A DNA stretch of 63,413 nucleotides, the filler included, from Perkinsus olseni (taxonomy: Eukaryota), in NCBI GenBank assembly GCA_013115125.1. It is 46 parts of 46 records of this genome, joined end to end, with 100 filler letters (N's around TTAATTAATTAA, not from the genome) between each part and the next. Parts side by side here need not be neighbours in the genome. Positions count along the whole stretch, not along the records: positions 25,144 to 26,428 come from JABANN010001977.1; positions 26,529 to 27,813 come from JABANN010001978.1; positions 27,914 to 29,198 come from JABANN010001979.1; positions 29,299 to 30,582 come from JABANN010001980.1; positions 30,683 to 31,965 come from JABANN010001981.1; positions 32,066 to 33,345 come from JABANN010001982.1; positions 33,446 to 34,725 come from JABANN010001983.1; positions 34,826 to 36,104 come from JABANN010001984.1; 38 more parts are not named here. The stretch is one strand, 5' to 3'. Positions 25,146-36,205 of the stretch are shown here, in pieces (the stretch's first letter is position 1; every line of letters starts with the position of its first letter). The position numbers were made by a program, and so were the translations under genes. The notes under the pieces were generated by a model. That model worked only from the letters and a program-made list of their open reading frames with translations. It ran no database searches and was not told where the DNA came from.

Positions 25146-26304
25146 AGCGAGAACGTCCGCCTTCACGGTTTCTGGGCGGTCATACCAGTTTATGTCAGCT
25201 TTCTACCGACAGCTGGTGCTTCCCTTCTCAAGGGTACTCGAAGGATATGTGGTACCCTTCTGGGCGGTATCGCTGCTGTCATCTGCATTCTCGCCAATCC
25301 AGGCAACAAAGCAGCATTCTTCTGTGAGATGATACTCGTGGTATTCCTTGGTCGCCTGTCCCAGTTCGACAGTCGTGTCGGTTATGCTGGGTATGTTTTC
25401 TCTCTTACTTGGTTCATGGTCGGCTTTAGTTCACTCCTCACGTCCGAGACCAAGGAGGAAATGCTCTTTGCTGCCCTTTGGCGGTTTGTCTTTACAACCT
25501 GTGGAGTCCTCATCACGTCCTTCTCCAGTTGCTTCATCTTCCCGGAGTTTGCCGCTGACAAGTTGGATCGGGCATCAGCACGTATGCTTGGCGCGGTCTC
25601 TAATAAATTAGTGACGACTCTCGACAGCTTCTACCATCAGACGAAGGCACTTGTCGGGAATGATGGATGTTCTGATGACGACGAGGTGCCGCCTACTCCC
25701 ATGTCTGATGATCGGGAAGAGTTTGGTGTGGAGGGTTTCCAGTCGATGGCCGAGCGAGCATCGCTCCTGGACGACGCCAAAATGGAGACTATCGTGTTCG
25801 GCAAGATCTTGCTGGTTCATGACGTAACGAAAAGAGTGCTCGAAAACCAGAAGTTGTTGAACCAAGTCCTGCGGGACGGTCTCGTCCTCTACAGTTCCCT
25901 GGTACTGTCCGCTAAGCATCTGCACGACCCATTGGCTTCCCAGACTCTCTCCCCTCTACTTGGTAGCATCCGAGAGTTATCGAAGGCCATCAAAACTTCA
26001 GCGGACAGGATAGTGAGTTGCCTTTACGATAGCGGTTCTACACCCGGGATGCTGGAGCATCTACCTGATGACGTGCATGTTAAACTACAAGAATGTGCAT
26101 ATAATTTCGGAGCTTTCCGTGAGGAGTGGATCGAAGACGTGATGACTGGCGGCAACAGACTACAAGGCATGCGTGGTACTAATGCGGTCCGTTTATATCA
26201 CACAGTCTATGCTCTTGCTATGTTCGCTGAACGATGGAATACACTCGAAAGCCGTTTACACAATCGTAATGCGCCAGTCGAGCTCGTGGACGCTCAGCTA
26301 CAGC

Positions 26305-26369
<65 letters not shown>

Positions 26370-26428
26370 CCAGAGCCAGCAGCCCAAAGGGCTCTCATGG
26401 TTCTGCGTTCTCGGTCGAATATTGTTCA
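25146..26428 (+). CDS. FUSC/ALMT/aromatic-acid-exporter-like membrane protein, partial, with polyQ tract
   Basis: Frame open from contig start: HGFWAVIPVYVSFLPTAGASLLKGTRRICGTLLGG, several hydrophobic helices, YAGYVFSLT, WR...G, IFP motif, then soluble helical region. Confidence 0.75.
26304..26369 (+). repeat. (CAA)22 coding microsatellite
   Basis: Perfect run, in frame as Gln. Confidence 0.95.
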
Positions 26429-26631
26429 NNNNNNNNNNNNNNNNNNNNNNNNNNNNNNNNNNNNNNNNNNNNTTAATTAATTAANNNNNNNNNNNNNNNN
26501 NNNNNNNNNNNNNNNNNNNNNNNNNNNNCTTCGATTTCCCAATCTGTACGTGAGAGTTTGACCAGCCTCCGCCTCATGAACGCGACTCCCAGAACATGCC
26601 ATGAAGTAACACGATCAATAACCAGCTACTA

Positions 26632-26674
26632 AGGCATAGGCCTAATGATGATCATCATCATTAGGCCTATGCCT
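26632..26674. repeat. Perfect palindrome, 21-bp arms, 1-nt centre
   Basis: AGGCATAGGCCTAATGATGAT-C-ATCATCATTAGGCCTATGCCT. Confidence 0.95.
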
Positions 26675-27913
26675 ATACGCCCATCATCATCAGATGATGA
26701 CGGAGCCTGATACGACTCAAACTTCGGTTGTTACAACGAATGCGAACGTACATACGAATGAAAGACTGGCCATGGCTCAGCCAAAGCGCAATAAGCGCCT
26801 TAGCAGTCAAAGATAGACAGAGAGACAGGTGAAGCACACAACCTGTGCGTGAGGCCCACTATCGGCCATCCATCAGACCACACTGGTTACCTTGTTGTTG
26901 GAACCGTTTTCTGCGGGGGAAAACGGAGCAACCTACTTAGAACGCGGGAAGCTCAAGCCAGAGGGCGAGCGATCCTAAGACAGGTTAGAGTTGGCACAAG
27001 GATTCATCGCCGTGCACGAGCCGTATCACTAAACTACTGTACTAAGTACTTTTTTCTTGTCCCGTCACGCGAGAGGTGTTCGCAACGAGAGAGACAGGTT
27101 TCGAGCACGAGCCCCTGCGACACTCGATGGCGAAGAATCCAAGCAATCCTCACGGCTCATAGGTCGCTGTGATCATCACGAGATTATATAGAAGACACTG
27201 TAAGGAATAAAGAATTAGAGAAAATAGCCCGCGCCATGTGGGGCACATTCGTGCATCCTGTCCGCCATTGTGCCGCCCCCACCCTTCGTGTCCCGGGTTT
27301 TCACCCACCCGCCAGCACACTGTTGGCGAGGTCTACGAAGAGCAGCGCGGAGTTGCTAAGTCACATTAAGCATAGTGATGGAGTAATTTCTTCTTAAGGC
27401 AGTACTGTGACGCCTGCTTGCTGTGCTAATATCTGCTGTGAAGATATTATCGCCAGAACGACCATCGTCATTACACCATGCTGTCGTTGAACCTATTCGT
27501 ACGTTTCCGTCCCGTCTTTGCGCGTGTTTTTAGTCCGAATGAACTTCCCCTTGGTATCGTCAGCCGGCCGGATCTTATGCTACCTATGTAGGACCTGGTA
27601 CACGTTGAAAGATGTGTGTGGAGGGATATGTGCACTACAGTGACGACTACCTTCATTGCCGCTGCGCACTCACCTTGCTCTTTGTGCGCATTTGTTCTTC
27701 GTGCGTGACGCACAGTGCGTCCAATCGTCCCCGCAATCGCGTGCATTCCTCGTCATGCTACGGAACATGAGTTCACATCAAGTCCCCAATAAAATCAGTT
27801 TTCCCACTCTTTGNNNNNNNNNNNNNNNNNNNNNNNNNNNNNNNNNNNNNNNNNNNNTTAATTAATTAANNNNNNNNNNNNNNNNNNNNNNNNNNNNNNN
27901 NNNNNNNNNNNNN

Positions 27914-28760
27914 CAGTTGGTGTAGGGGCATTCGCCACGTGATAGAGTATCCGCTGGGTTCAAGGCAGAGGGAACATGAGCTACGAAGAAATGATAAATC
28001 TGAAGATCAGTAAGGCGACGACAAAATTCTCCTGCCATGGTATTCAATCTTTCCGGAGGACTGGAGCCCCGTAGTATAAGATACTGGCATGCACTGTTAT
28101 CCGTGAAGAGAAGCAGGCATTTCTTAGCGCACCAAAATCGAAGAGACTCGATAGTGGTAGTAGCAGCTAGCATCTCCAGAGAATTGATAGACCCCTGTTG
28201 GAGTTGAAGTTGCAGCTGACCATAAAATAATGGTAGTTGATGTTGAGCCGGAGAAAATTTTCCTATACCATATGAAGTAGATGCATCCAAGTAGCATATG
28301 AATGGTTTCTGAGATGAATGTAGCTCTGTTTCCAGAATAAGGTCTCTGGCGTAATGTTAAGCTTCAAGGAGTTGAAGGAGCATAGATAGAGCCGGACGAA
28401 GGATATATCCGAAATAGGCTTCCCTAGCGACTTCCGAATGATTACTCTGCATGGTGCACAACCCAATCGCCCGAAGAGAGCCTCACAGCAGAAGGATAGC
28501 TTCATGATAGCTGGCTTGGACAATGCAGCGATGATATCGGCATGTAGCCGTGTTTTGCGTTCAGGAGTGAGCGTCACCCTACATTGGCCATGGACTAAGG
28601 TGACCTGTAGTCCCAGAAGGACGGTTTCCTCGGCTGGAGGAATAGTTTTAGCATGTTTGATCTTAACGCCCGTGAGACCGTGCAAAAAGTAGAAGAAATC
28701 CATAGCAGAACCGCTGCATTCGGCGAGTTCAACTGGGAAAAAATCATCCATATATAATGA
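27914..28760 (-). pseudogene. Degenerate DIRS/Ngaro-type RT-RNase H
   Basis: YMDDF, LLGL, LFGR in one frame; DAS, INSLEMLAA, FTDN, VPSALNPADTLSR in another (frameshift near 28290); unrelated sequence upstream of YMDD. Confidence 0.8.
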
Positions 28761-29298
28761 TAAAAAAATTGCCCGCGCGCTCCGCGGGCGACTTTCCCCT
28801 CCTTGACCAGCTCTAGCGTTTCCTCTCCTGCTAGCCTTATGTTGGGATCGATCCCGGGTGATCCGCTTGATAACAGCGCTCCTACCACTGCGCCAATTTC
28901 GCGTCCGCGGAATATTAGAGCCCATTAAACCGACTAATTTTTGTCAGTTACCAAGTGTGCAGCGCACCATCCTCTGGGTCCTCTAGGTCTGTGGCCTTGA
29001 GTGTGAGCCCTTCTCATCGATAGATGCCACGAGCTGGGTAGGTATGCGGATCCTGATCCACGGCTGATCTTGAGAAAAAAATCAGACGGATGGATCAGGT
29101 CTTGATTCTTTCCAATATGTTCCTGAGTTTTGTCTCGAGTACCCTTTATCACGATCGAGTGGGTGATCCACGGATCCGAATCACTATCCGTGGATCAGNN
29201 NNNNNNNNNNNNNNNNNNNNNNNNNNNNNNNNNNNNNNNNNNTTAATTAATTAANNNNNNNNNNNNNNNNNNNNNNNNNNNNNNNNNNNNNNNNNNNN

Positions 29299-30298
29299 CT
29301 AATCCTTTGTTAATGATGAGAGAACCATCTCCATCATCAGTGGATGAAGAATGCTTCTTTCTCATCGTAACATAGCTATCATCAGCTATATCAATAATAT
29401 CCTTACGATCAACGCTCGGACTAGCCTTAGCATTATAAGCCGACCAAGTATTATCGAAAGGAACCATCCTAGGCAGCTGAACGGAGGCATCAGCTTCGAA
29501 TGCCGACATTCTGCGACCCAGGTCAGCAACATCTTGTTGAAGTGAATGCAATGATACCAAACCCTTCTCAAGATGCTCTCGCATATCAGTAACCTCCTTA
29601 GCTAACGGAGATTTATAGAGTTGAACCATGATAGTATCACCAACCTTGTCGAACCGACTGGATAACATATCGATCTTACTATTAAGAATAGATTCATTAT
29701 AGCTCAACCTAGCATTAGTTTGCTCTTGTCGAGTAGCAAATCTATCCAAGACCGAAGTAATACCAACAAACCGTTCTTGTACCATCGTTCGTAATTTAGT
29801 CATTTCTACGGCTAAATCAGTCTGCGAGGTAGAAGGCGGAGATACCACAGGAGAACTCTCAGAAGACGAGGAAGACTTCCCAGGAACCGAAACTCTATGA
29901 GTCGTTTCCACAACGCCTCCTTTAGTACCTTCTTCCATACCAGCTACGGGACTAACATCACCACTAGCGGAGGAAGAAGGAAGAATGCCTTCTTCCAAAG
30001 AAGAGGAAGGACGGTCATCCTTAGAAGCACTCAGCAACCCTGATCGTTGAAAAGAATCATCTGGACTGGACTCAGGTTCTGGTGGATCTTCATTGTACAC
30101 CGTTTTATAAACTGACTTGTACAAAACCAACTCTGTAGAATTCATCACACGCTCGTCGTTTGCCATAATGGTCTCTACGAACTCATTTATAGTGTGACAA
30201 ATCTCAAGTTGTCGACCAACACAGATACTCTCTAACTGGAACCGCTTAAGGCGACCAAGTAGAGGTCTAGTCCAAACATAACAAGGAGCTGCTACCAT
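29299..30298 (-). mobile_element. Gag-like ORF of an LTR retrotransposon (5' part)
   Basis: Long ORF with S-rich and coiled-coil-like regions directly downstream of LTR+PBS; identity rests on context, no capsid motif reached. Confidence 0.65.
30288..30297 (-). promoter_or_regulatory. Primer-binding site, initiator tRNA-Met type
   Basis: TGGTAGCAGC 2 nt downstream of LTR end CAACA. Confidence 0.75.
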
Positions 30299-30299
30299 T

Positions 30300-30582
30300 T
30301 GTTGAGTTACTTAAGTGCTTCTTGTGTTGCGTAATAAAACTAATAACACAACTCGGGATGGATACCAACAATAATAGTACCAACAGTGCCAATACCAACG
30401 ATGATGTAGTAGTGGAAGTAGATACCAAAGATCTTGTACGATCTTAAGTTGGTAATAACAATCTTTACGTAACCTTAATCACTTATGAAAATAATAACGA
30501 ATCTACTAGCGTAAAGATAAGCTTAAGTATTGCGCGCACGCCCGACTATCATCAACCAACGAAGACAATAGTTCGCGCAACA
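30300..30582 (-). repeat. Complete 5' LTR, 283 bp
   Basis: TGTTG...CAACA inverted termini; contig ends exactly at outer boundary; PBS follows. Confidence 0.75.
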
Positions 30583-30726
30583 NNNNNNNNNNNNNNNNNN
30601 NNNNNNNNNNNNNNNNNNNNNNNNNNTTAATTAATTAANNNNNNNNNNNNNNNNNNNNNNNNNNNNNNNNNNNNNNNNNNNNCCTCAAACACGTAGTATG
30701 TGCTGAATTAGACTGATTTTTGTGAT

Positions 30727-31894
30727 TTGCATATCGAATTGGAACACCCTGTATCAGCGGAAGCTGGTATAACTACCAATCATGCTGTTGATGACACTAA
30801 CCCCACAGCATCATCAAAGTCTGGTGGTCGGAGAGGGTATCATAAGAGTAAGAAGATATGCTATCAGTATCAGAAGTATGGTAGCTGTAAATATGGGGAT
30901 CGTTGTCGTTTTGTACACTCTAAAAAGCCTGGTACTGATGTTGGTCAGTCATCCGCTGATAAAGGTACGGGAAATCAGGATTCCCTCTCGTTCACTCAGG
31001 GGCTGTTATGCGTGAGCGATAAGGTTGGAGTTCCTGGTCCGGTCTTACGGTTACATGATGTGTCGAGTGATGGTCGGTCTCTCTCATTATGTGTATTGCT
31101 AGACACTGGTGCTTATTTTAATTATGTACGGGAAGATCAAGCAAAGCTTCTCGGCCTCAAGATTGAGCCGGGGAATGGTGATATTAAGGTCCAACTCGCG
31201 ATAAATCGGTTATACCAGTCTGTGGCCAAGTCAAGTTTGCTGGGTTCTTCTTCCGAGTCCTTCCTGTAACTGATACTGCACCGTCATCATCTCAGGCTTC
31301 ATCGTTGAGTACTCTTTTCGGAGAGCCCTATGGTATTATGGGCGTACACTCTCTTTGTCAGAGTGGTGTCAGGTTAGAGTTTTTCCAGAAGGATAACTCT
31401 AGAGGTGTGCATATCTCTATCAAAGACCATATTGGACTCTCTCAACCATCTGTGGGTAATGACAGTACCGATGATGACAAGGAGTTATCTGAACCTCCGT
31501 CTATAGATCATGTGGGTAGTATCCTCGGCACTGTTGAAGATCAGTTTGATCTGTCGGACACGGTGGATACTACTTTGCATGACGATAGCTGGGGCTCCAT
31601 TCCTTGGACCCCTAAGCCTTTAGAATCCTCGGAAGTTTCGGAAACGTCATGGCACTTCATGAGGGATGCTCCTGGTTTTCGGTGGCAAATCCGGAAGTTA
31701 GAGTCTTCCGATATTGCTGATACTTCTACTCAGGAGTATAAGTTTGTGATCGATCTCCCTAAGTCCAATGGTCCTACTGGTCGTACCTATGATTACACGA
31801 AGCCCATGTTTGCTAACCTCTCTCGGTTTGAGATGGATGCCTACAACACGGAAATCTCAAGGTATCTTCAACGGTCGTGGTGGGCTCCGTCCTC
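30727..31894 (+). mobile_element. LTR retrotransposon gag-pol fragment with CCCH zinc finger and protease; frameshifted and interrupted
   Basis: CYQYQKYGSCKYGDRCRFVH, LLDTGA, frameshift near 31200-31300; downstream part resembles pre-RT region at 18204-19495. Confidence 0.8.
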
Positions 31895-31965
31895 ATCTAG
31901 CCACACTCGCAGCAAAGCCGCTAGACGTGCGATCTCGAGTTAGACATTCATTGTGTTGCGATGCA
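31895..31965. repeat. Terminus of an interspersed repeat (Helitron-like), copy 2
   Basis: Near-identical to 11041-11120; cuts off the pol reading frame. Confidence 0.75.
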
Positions 31966-32065
31966 NNNNNNNNNNNNNNNNNNNNNNNNNNNNNNNNNNN
32001 NNNNNNNNNTTAATTAATTAANNNNNNNNNNNNNNNNNNNNNNNNNNNNNNNNNNNNNNNNNNNN

Positions 32066-32455
32066 GACACCGGACATCCGGACACCGGACATCATAACCG
32101 GTCCGGAAGGTGGTGTCCCCAACGGTCCCGGGTGCATCAAAGGGTCCCGCTCCGGCGTCAGAACAGGTGGAGGGGGTTGATGATTCGCTGCAACCGATGT
32201 GGGTGGGTCTTGATCAGGATTCACTACTGCCGGTGGCACTCGGCTCGCTTGCAGTTCAGTCAACTGTGATGTCATCGACGTGAGGGCATCAGTTAAGCCC
32301 TTGAGGGAGTTGCCAACTTGGTCTCGGAACTCGGCGAATTCGTCGGGCGTGACAGTTCTCGGATGATAATGTTGTTGTGGGTCCGATCTCCCCGACGCAA
32401 GAGGAGATAGAGTGCTTGCCCGTTTCGCCCGAGTCCGACTGGCAACACTAGACAT
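32066..32455 (-). CDS. Possible retrotransposon Gag N-terminus
   Basis: MSSVASRTRAK start, short coiled-coil-like segment, Pro-rich linker; no diagnostic domain. Confidence 0.35.
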
Positions 32456-33935
32456 AGGGGAAAGAGATAAGTACGTACTGACAGCATAGCCAATAAGAGA
32501 GTAAGTGATAAGAGCTCGAGAAGGCCGAGCATTGACAGGACAGAGAAATACAGAGAACAGATAATAGTGCACGTACTATCATAACTAATAATAAGACTGG
32601 CGCGCATGCGTGCGACCAACAGCAGCCAGGCTGATGCGCATGCGTGCACAGACGAAGAGACAGCGGAGTGACATCGCATCAGCACTGGCGCGAGCTTTCC
32701 CACCGGTTTCCATAACGCGGACGTGAAAGGTTTGCGACGTCAGTGGTAGGACTATACCATTCAGAAGTCTATTTGGCGGATAAGGTCGCCTCCGGAGGCT
32801 CTCCACCTCGATGATATGCCTGAAAGGTGCAATCGCACATGACGCGCACAATAGGACACTACGTGTCTCCGTCGTGACTTCTGTGCCTGTTAGTGCCTTG
32901 CCTTGACTGCAAGTTGGAAGTCATGCTCGAGCCGACTGGGCCAGTCGGATTGGCGTCCGATAGTCGTTCACTCAGAAGAACATCGGTTGCCTAACGCTTT
33001 CTGATTGTTGTCGTGGCTGCCGATCTGCAGCTGCCATGTAAGCATGGCATTCGGTAAAGCTCACAAACTCTTCGCCTCCCCTTCGTAGCCGTCTTGACTT
33101 AAGACAGTATAAAACCTCAAGAATCTTGGGGTTCGATATTGAAGTACACGGCCTAAGCGAAGTACCGGACCTTGCCCCATCTCGGAGACCAGAGATGCAG
33201 TCATCGCACTGTCGTGGTAAGCACGAAACGGCCGTCCGACCTAGACACACAAATAGGAAATTCTGCTCGTCACAAAACTTTTGTTCATGCGTGCAATTTA
33301 CTTTGTGCTGCGGTTCCTCGTGGAGCAGATGATGAGGATGTTCCGNNNNNNNNNNNNNNNNNNNNNNNNNNNNNNNNNNNNNNNNNNNNTTAATTAATTA
33401 ANNNNNNNNNNNNNNNNNNNNNNNNNNNNNNNNNNNNNNNNNNNNACCCCAACGCGCAATGTTTGGTAGTACTGCGTATGTTTTTGTTTCTGGCGAAACC
33501 GGCGCGTTACCCACCTAGCGGCTGTGCGAAACGAACCCCTTCGGGGTGTGCGAGTCGAACCTGCGACCTTCCGGTATAAAGGCTGGAGGTTTTTTCGCTC
33601 GCCCTGCTCGCTTGATAATTCTACGTGCGTCCTCCGCCCCGACCGGGCTGCGACCTTCCGGTGTTACGTCAGACGGTCTACCCCTCGCCCAGCTCGCTTA
33701 CTACTTGTTAGGTGCATCCTCAGCCCGGATGGGGCGTGGAGACACAGCAGTGACTTGACAGAGGTCTTGCGCCTTCGGCTGGGCCTCCCGTGCTACCCCG
33801 CATCGCGGGGACCCCAGCACGGTCGGCCCACTAGCTGCTAGCGTTCTCGCTAGCGTACTAGCTTTACTAGCTTCGATGACCTTTGTAGCTACTAGCGACG
33901 CTACTGCCGAAGTCAAAAGACGAAGTTCGTCAAAA

Positions 33936-34008
33936 AGTTTTTACTCGGAATCGAACTCGCGACCTCCTGCTTAGTAGTCCACCGCTCGCCCTGTTAGACT
34001 ACACCTAC
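33936..34008 (-). ncRNA. tRNA-derived putative Pol III module A (loop CT-ACT-AA)
   Basis: A box TAGTCTAACAGG, B box GAGTTCGATTCC, T5 just downstream; stems mispaired. Confidence 0.6.
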
Positions 34009-34185
34009 TCTTGCTATCTACATCGCTGTGTTGCCCCCGATAAGTCGACGCCAAATATTTTCTGAGCACGGTTATATCAGTTAGCTTGTTAGCGTTTTGG
34101 CTAGCGCACTAGCTTTTCTAGCTCGGGCGCCACCGTAGCTGCTAGCGTCGCTAGCCTCGTGATCCCGGTGTGATTTTCCCAAAAT

Positions 34186-34257
34186 GTTTACACCGGGGAT
34201 CGAACTCGTGCCCTCCTGCTTATCAGTCGACCGCTCGCCGTGTTAGACTAAACCTAC
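34186..34257 (-). ncRNA. tRNA-derived putative Pol III module B (loop CT-GAT-AA)
   Basis: A box TAGTCTAACACGG, B box GAGTTCGATCCC, T4 just downstream. Confidence 0.6.
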
Positions 34258-34825
34258 TGCTGAGAAGTGAAGTGCTATGTTGTCCCCGCTAGCTCGGGTA
34301 TAGCTATTTTCTGGGCGCGCTTTAGCACAAATAGTAAATTAGCTAAATTGTGGAATCTTGAATCGTTAATTTCTCTTCAACTAATTTATAAACCGAAATT
34401 CTGAGACCATATATGGGCTTTCCAGACCCATATCTAGCCGTATGCGGAGTTTGGTGAACGTTTAATGGCTGAATCGCGAGATCAGGGTCGCAGCGGGACA
34501 AATTCGCTGTGTATTATAGGGATGTTTTTAGCGCGCGCCCGGGGCCCCTCCCCCTGCGCGCGGAGGGATTTGAGCGGCAGGAAAAGCCATCCACCTAGCG
34601 GCTGTGCGAAACGAACCCCTTCGGGGTGTGCGAGTCCTGCGACCTTTCGGCTTAAAAACCGGAGTCTTTTTCGCTCGCCCTGCTCGCTTGATAATTCTAC
34701 GTGCGTCCTCAGCCCGGATCGGGCTNNNNNNNNNNNNNNNNNNNNNNNNNNNNNNNNNNNNNNNNNNNNTTAATTAATTAANNNNNNNNNNNNNNNNNNN
34801 NNNNNNNNNNNNNNNNNNNNNNNNN

Positions 34826-34893
34826 CGCTGAATGATCGATAGAGCAGATCTTAGTGGTACACAATAATTGTCCCCTTTACATGCCCCCCTCTC
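34826..34893 (-). repeat. Polypurine tract and start of 3' LTR
   Basis: Minus strand GAGAGGGGGGCA then TGTAAAGGGG... just after integrase stop; 34826-34881 identical to 47205-47260. Confidence 0.88.
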
Positions 34894-34899
34894 AAAAAG

Positions 34900-36104
34900 T
34901 CAGGGATAATTAGACGGATCTAATCTAATGACTGGCTTTGGAATACGGGACGAACGACGGAGAATGGGGGGTTCATCTTCTATACTATCGAGACTGGTAA
35001 AGCTGATACTTTCAACCATAGAAGAGTCTGAACTAGAAGATGAATGGTGGTCAGATATAGTATCATCATTGAGATCACACTGATAACAAGGAACATCAAT
35101 AGTATTACAGCTCTTAATAGTGGTCTTCTTCCTAGCTATCGTATCATCGTCCTCTATATCTGCACTTGGGGGAAGTAGACGAACTTGAGACGGATGAACG
35201 ACCTTAGCTTCGTTGTTGTCATCGAGAGAAACGATCTCTATCCGCGATGGAGAGAGAATCCTTGATACCACAAAACGCTTTGCTCCAAAGAGTGGAGTTG
35301 TTTGCGGAAAGGCAGAGTACTTGACCTTCTTCAGCACCAAGTCACCAACGGAGAGAGATAACCTGTTGTTATCATTGTTTTTGGGAGCATCCTTCTGCAT
35401 GGCTTCGTTAACCGAATTCCATAGCAATGAATTACCAAAGAAGAGAGAAGCGGGAGTGCGATGACTGACCGAATGAGAGATAGAGTTGTGGACATGGACT
35501 GCTCGCGCCAACCATGATACCACTAGACGATGATTAGCTTGTAGATGATGCTGTTGATACTGTAGTTGTAAACAAAGGATAGATTGGCGTAGTAGTCGAT
35601 GGTATCTCTCAACAACTCCATTAGTCTCTGGTTGATTAGGTATAGAATACCTCAATCTGACATTTCTTTCAGTGAAATATCGTTGTAGTCGAGCAGATTT
35701 AAATACTGCAGAGTTATCGCAAAAAACTTCTTGTGGTAGAGGGTATAAGGAGAAGTAGAAGGTGAAGACCTTGATAACACTGTTGGTGTTCTCGCCCGAA
35801 ACGAGTTCGAAAGCAAAGGCATAGCGTGAAAAACCATCGATAATGGTAAGCACCGGTCCAAGAAGAGAATGAGGATGAGTAACGTCAAAGTAGAGGCGTT
35901 CCATAGGCTTGGTGAGGGACTTCGTGAGAGAACCAGTGTGCTTATAGGACTTGCCAGCGTTAGGCTTCACTTGCAAGCAGATTTCACAAGTAGAGATGTA
36001 GGAGCCAATGTCACGATCCATGCCGGGCCAGTAGTAGTGCTTTGACAATTCTTCTCGAATCTTGGGGACACCCGCATGGTTGAACTCCTTATGAATGTCA
36101 GCAA
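34900..36104 (-). mobile_element. Ty3/Gypsy integrase (HHCC, DDE core, C-terminal tail), 3' end of pol
   Basis: YYWPGM...CEIC, YFDV, FCDN, PETNGVVER, terminal LRRSSR. Confidence 0.92.
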
Positions 36105-36205
36105 NNNNNNNNNNNNNNNNNNNNNNNNNNNNNNNNNNNNNNNNNNNNTTAATTAATTAANNNNNNNNNNNNNNNNNNNNNNNNNNNNNNNNNNNNNNNN
36201 NNNNT

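Larger units (their letters stand above)
33511..34725. repeat. ~1080-bp tandem repeat unit with internal ~250-bp duplication and two tRNA-like modules
   Basis: CCACCTAGCGGCTGTGCGAAACGAACCCC at 33511 and 34591; homologous to 59581-60703 in opposite orientation. Confidence 0.9.

Noticed and set aside
33524-33841. ORF conserved with 60312-60659 and 34465-34725 as a protein family
   Set aside because: Similarity follows from the DNA repeat; starts differ and no domain is evident
33936-34257. Functional tRNA genes (also 59885-60216)
   Set aside because: Acceptor and anticodon stems do not pair; kept only as tRNA-derived modules
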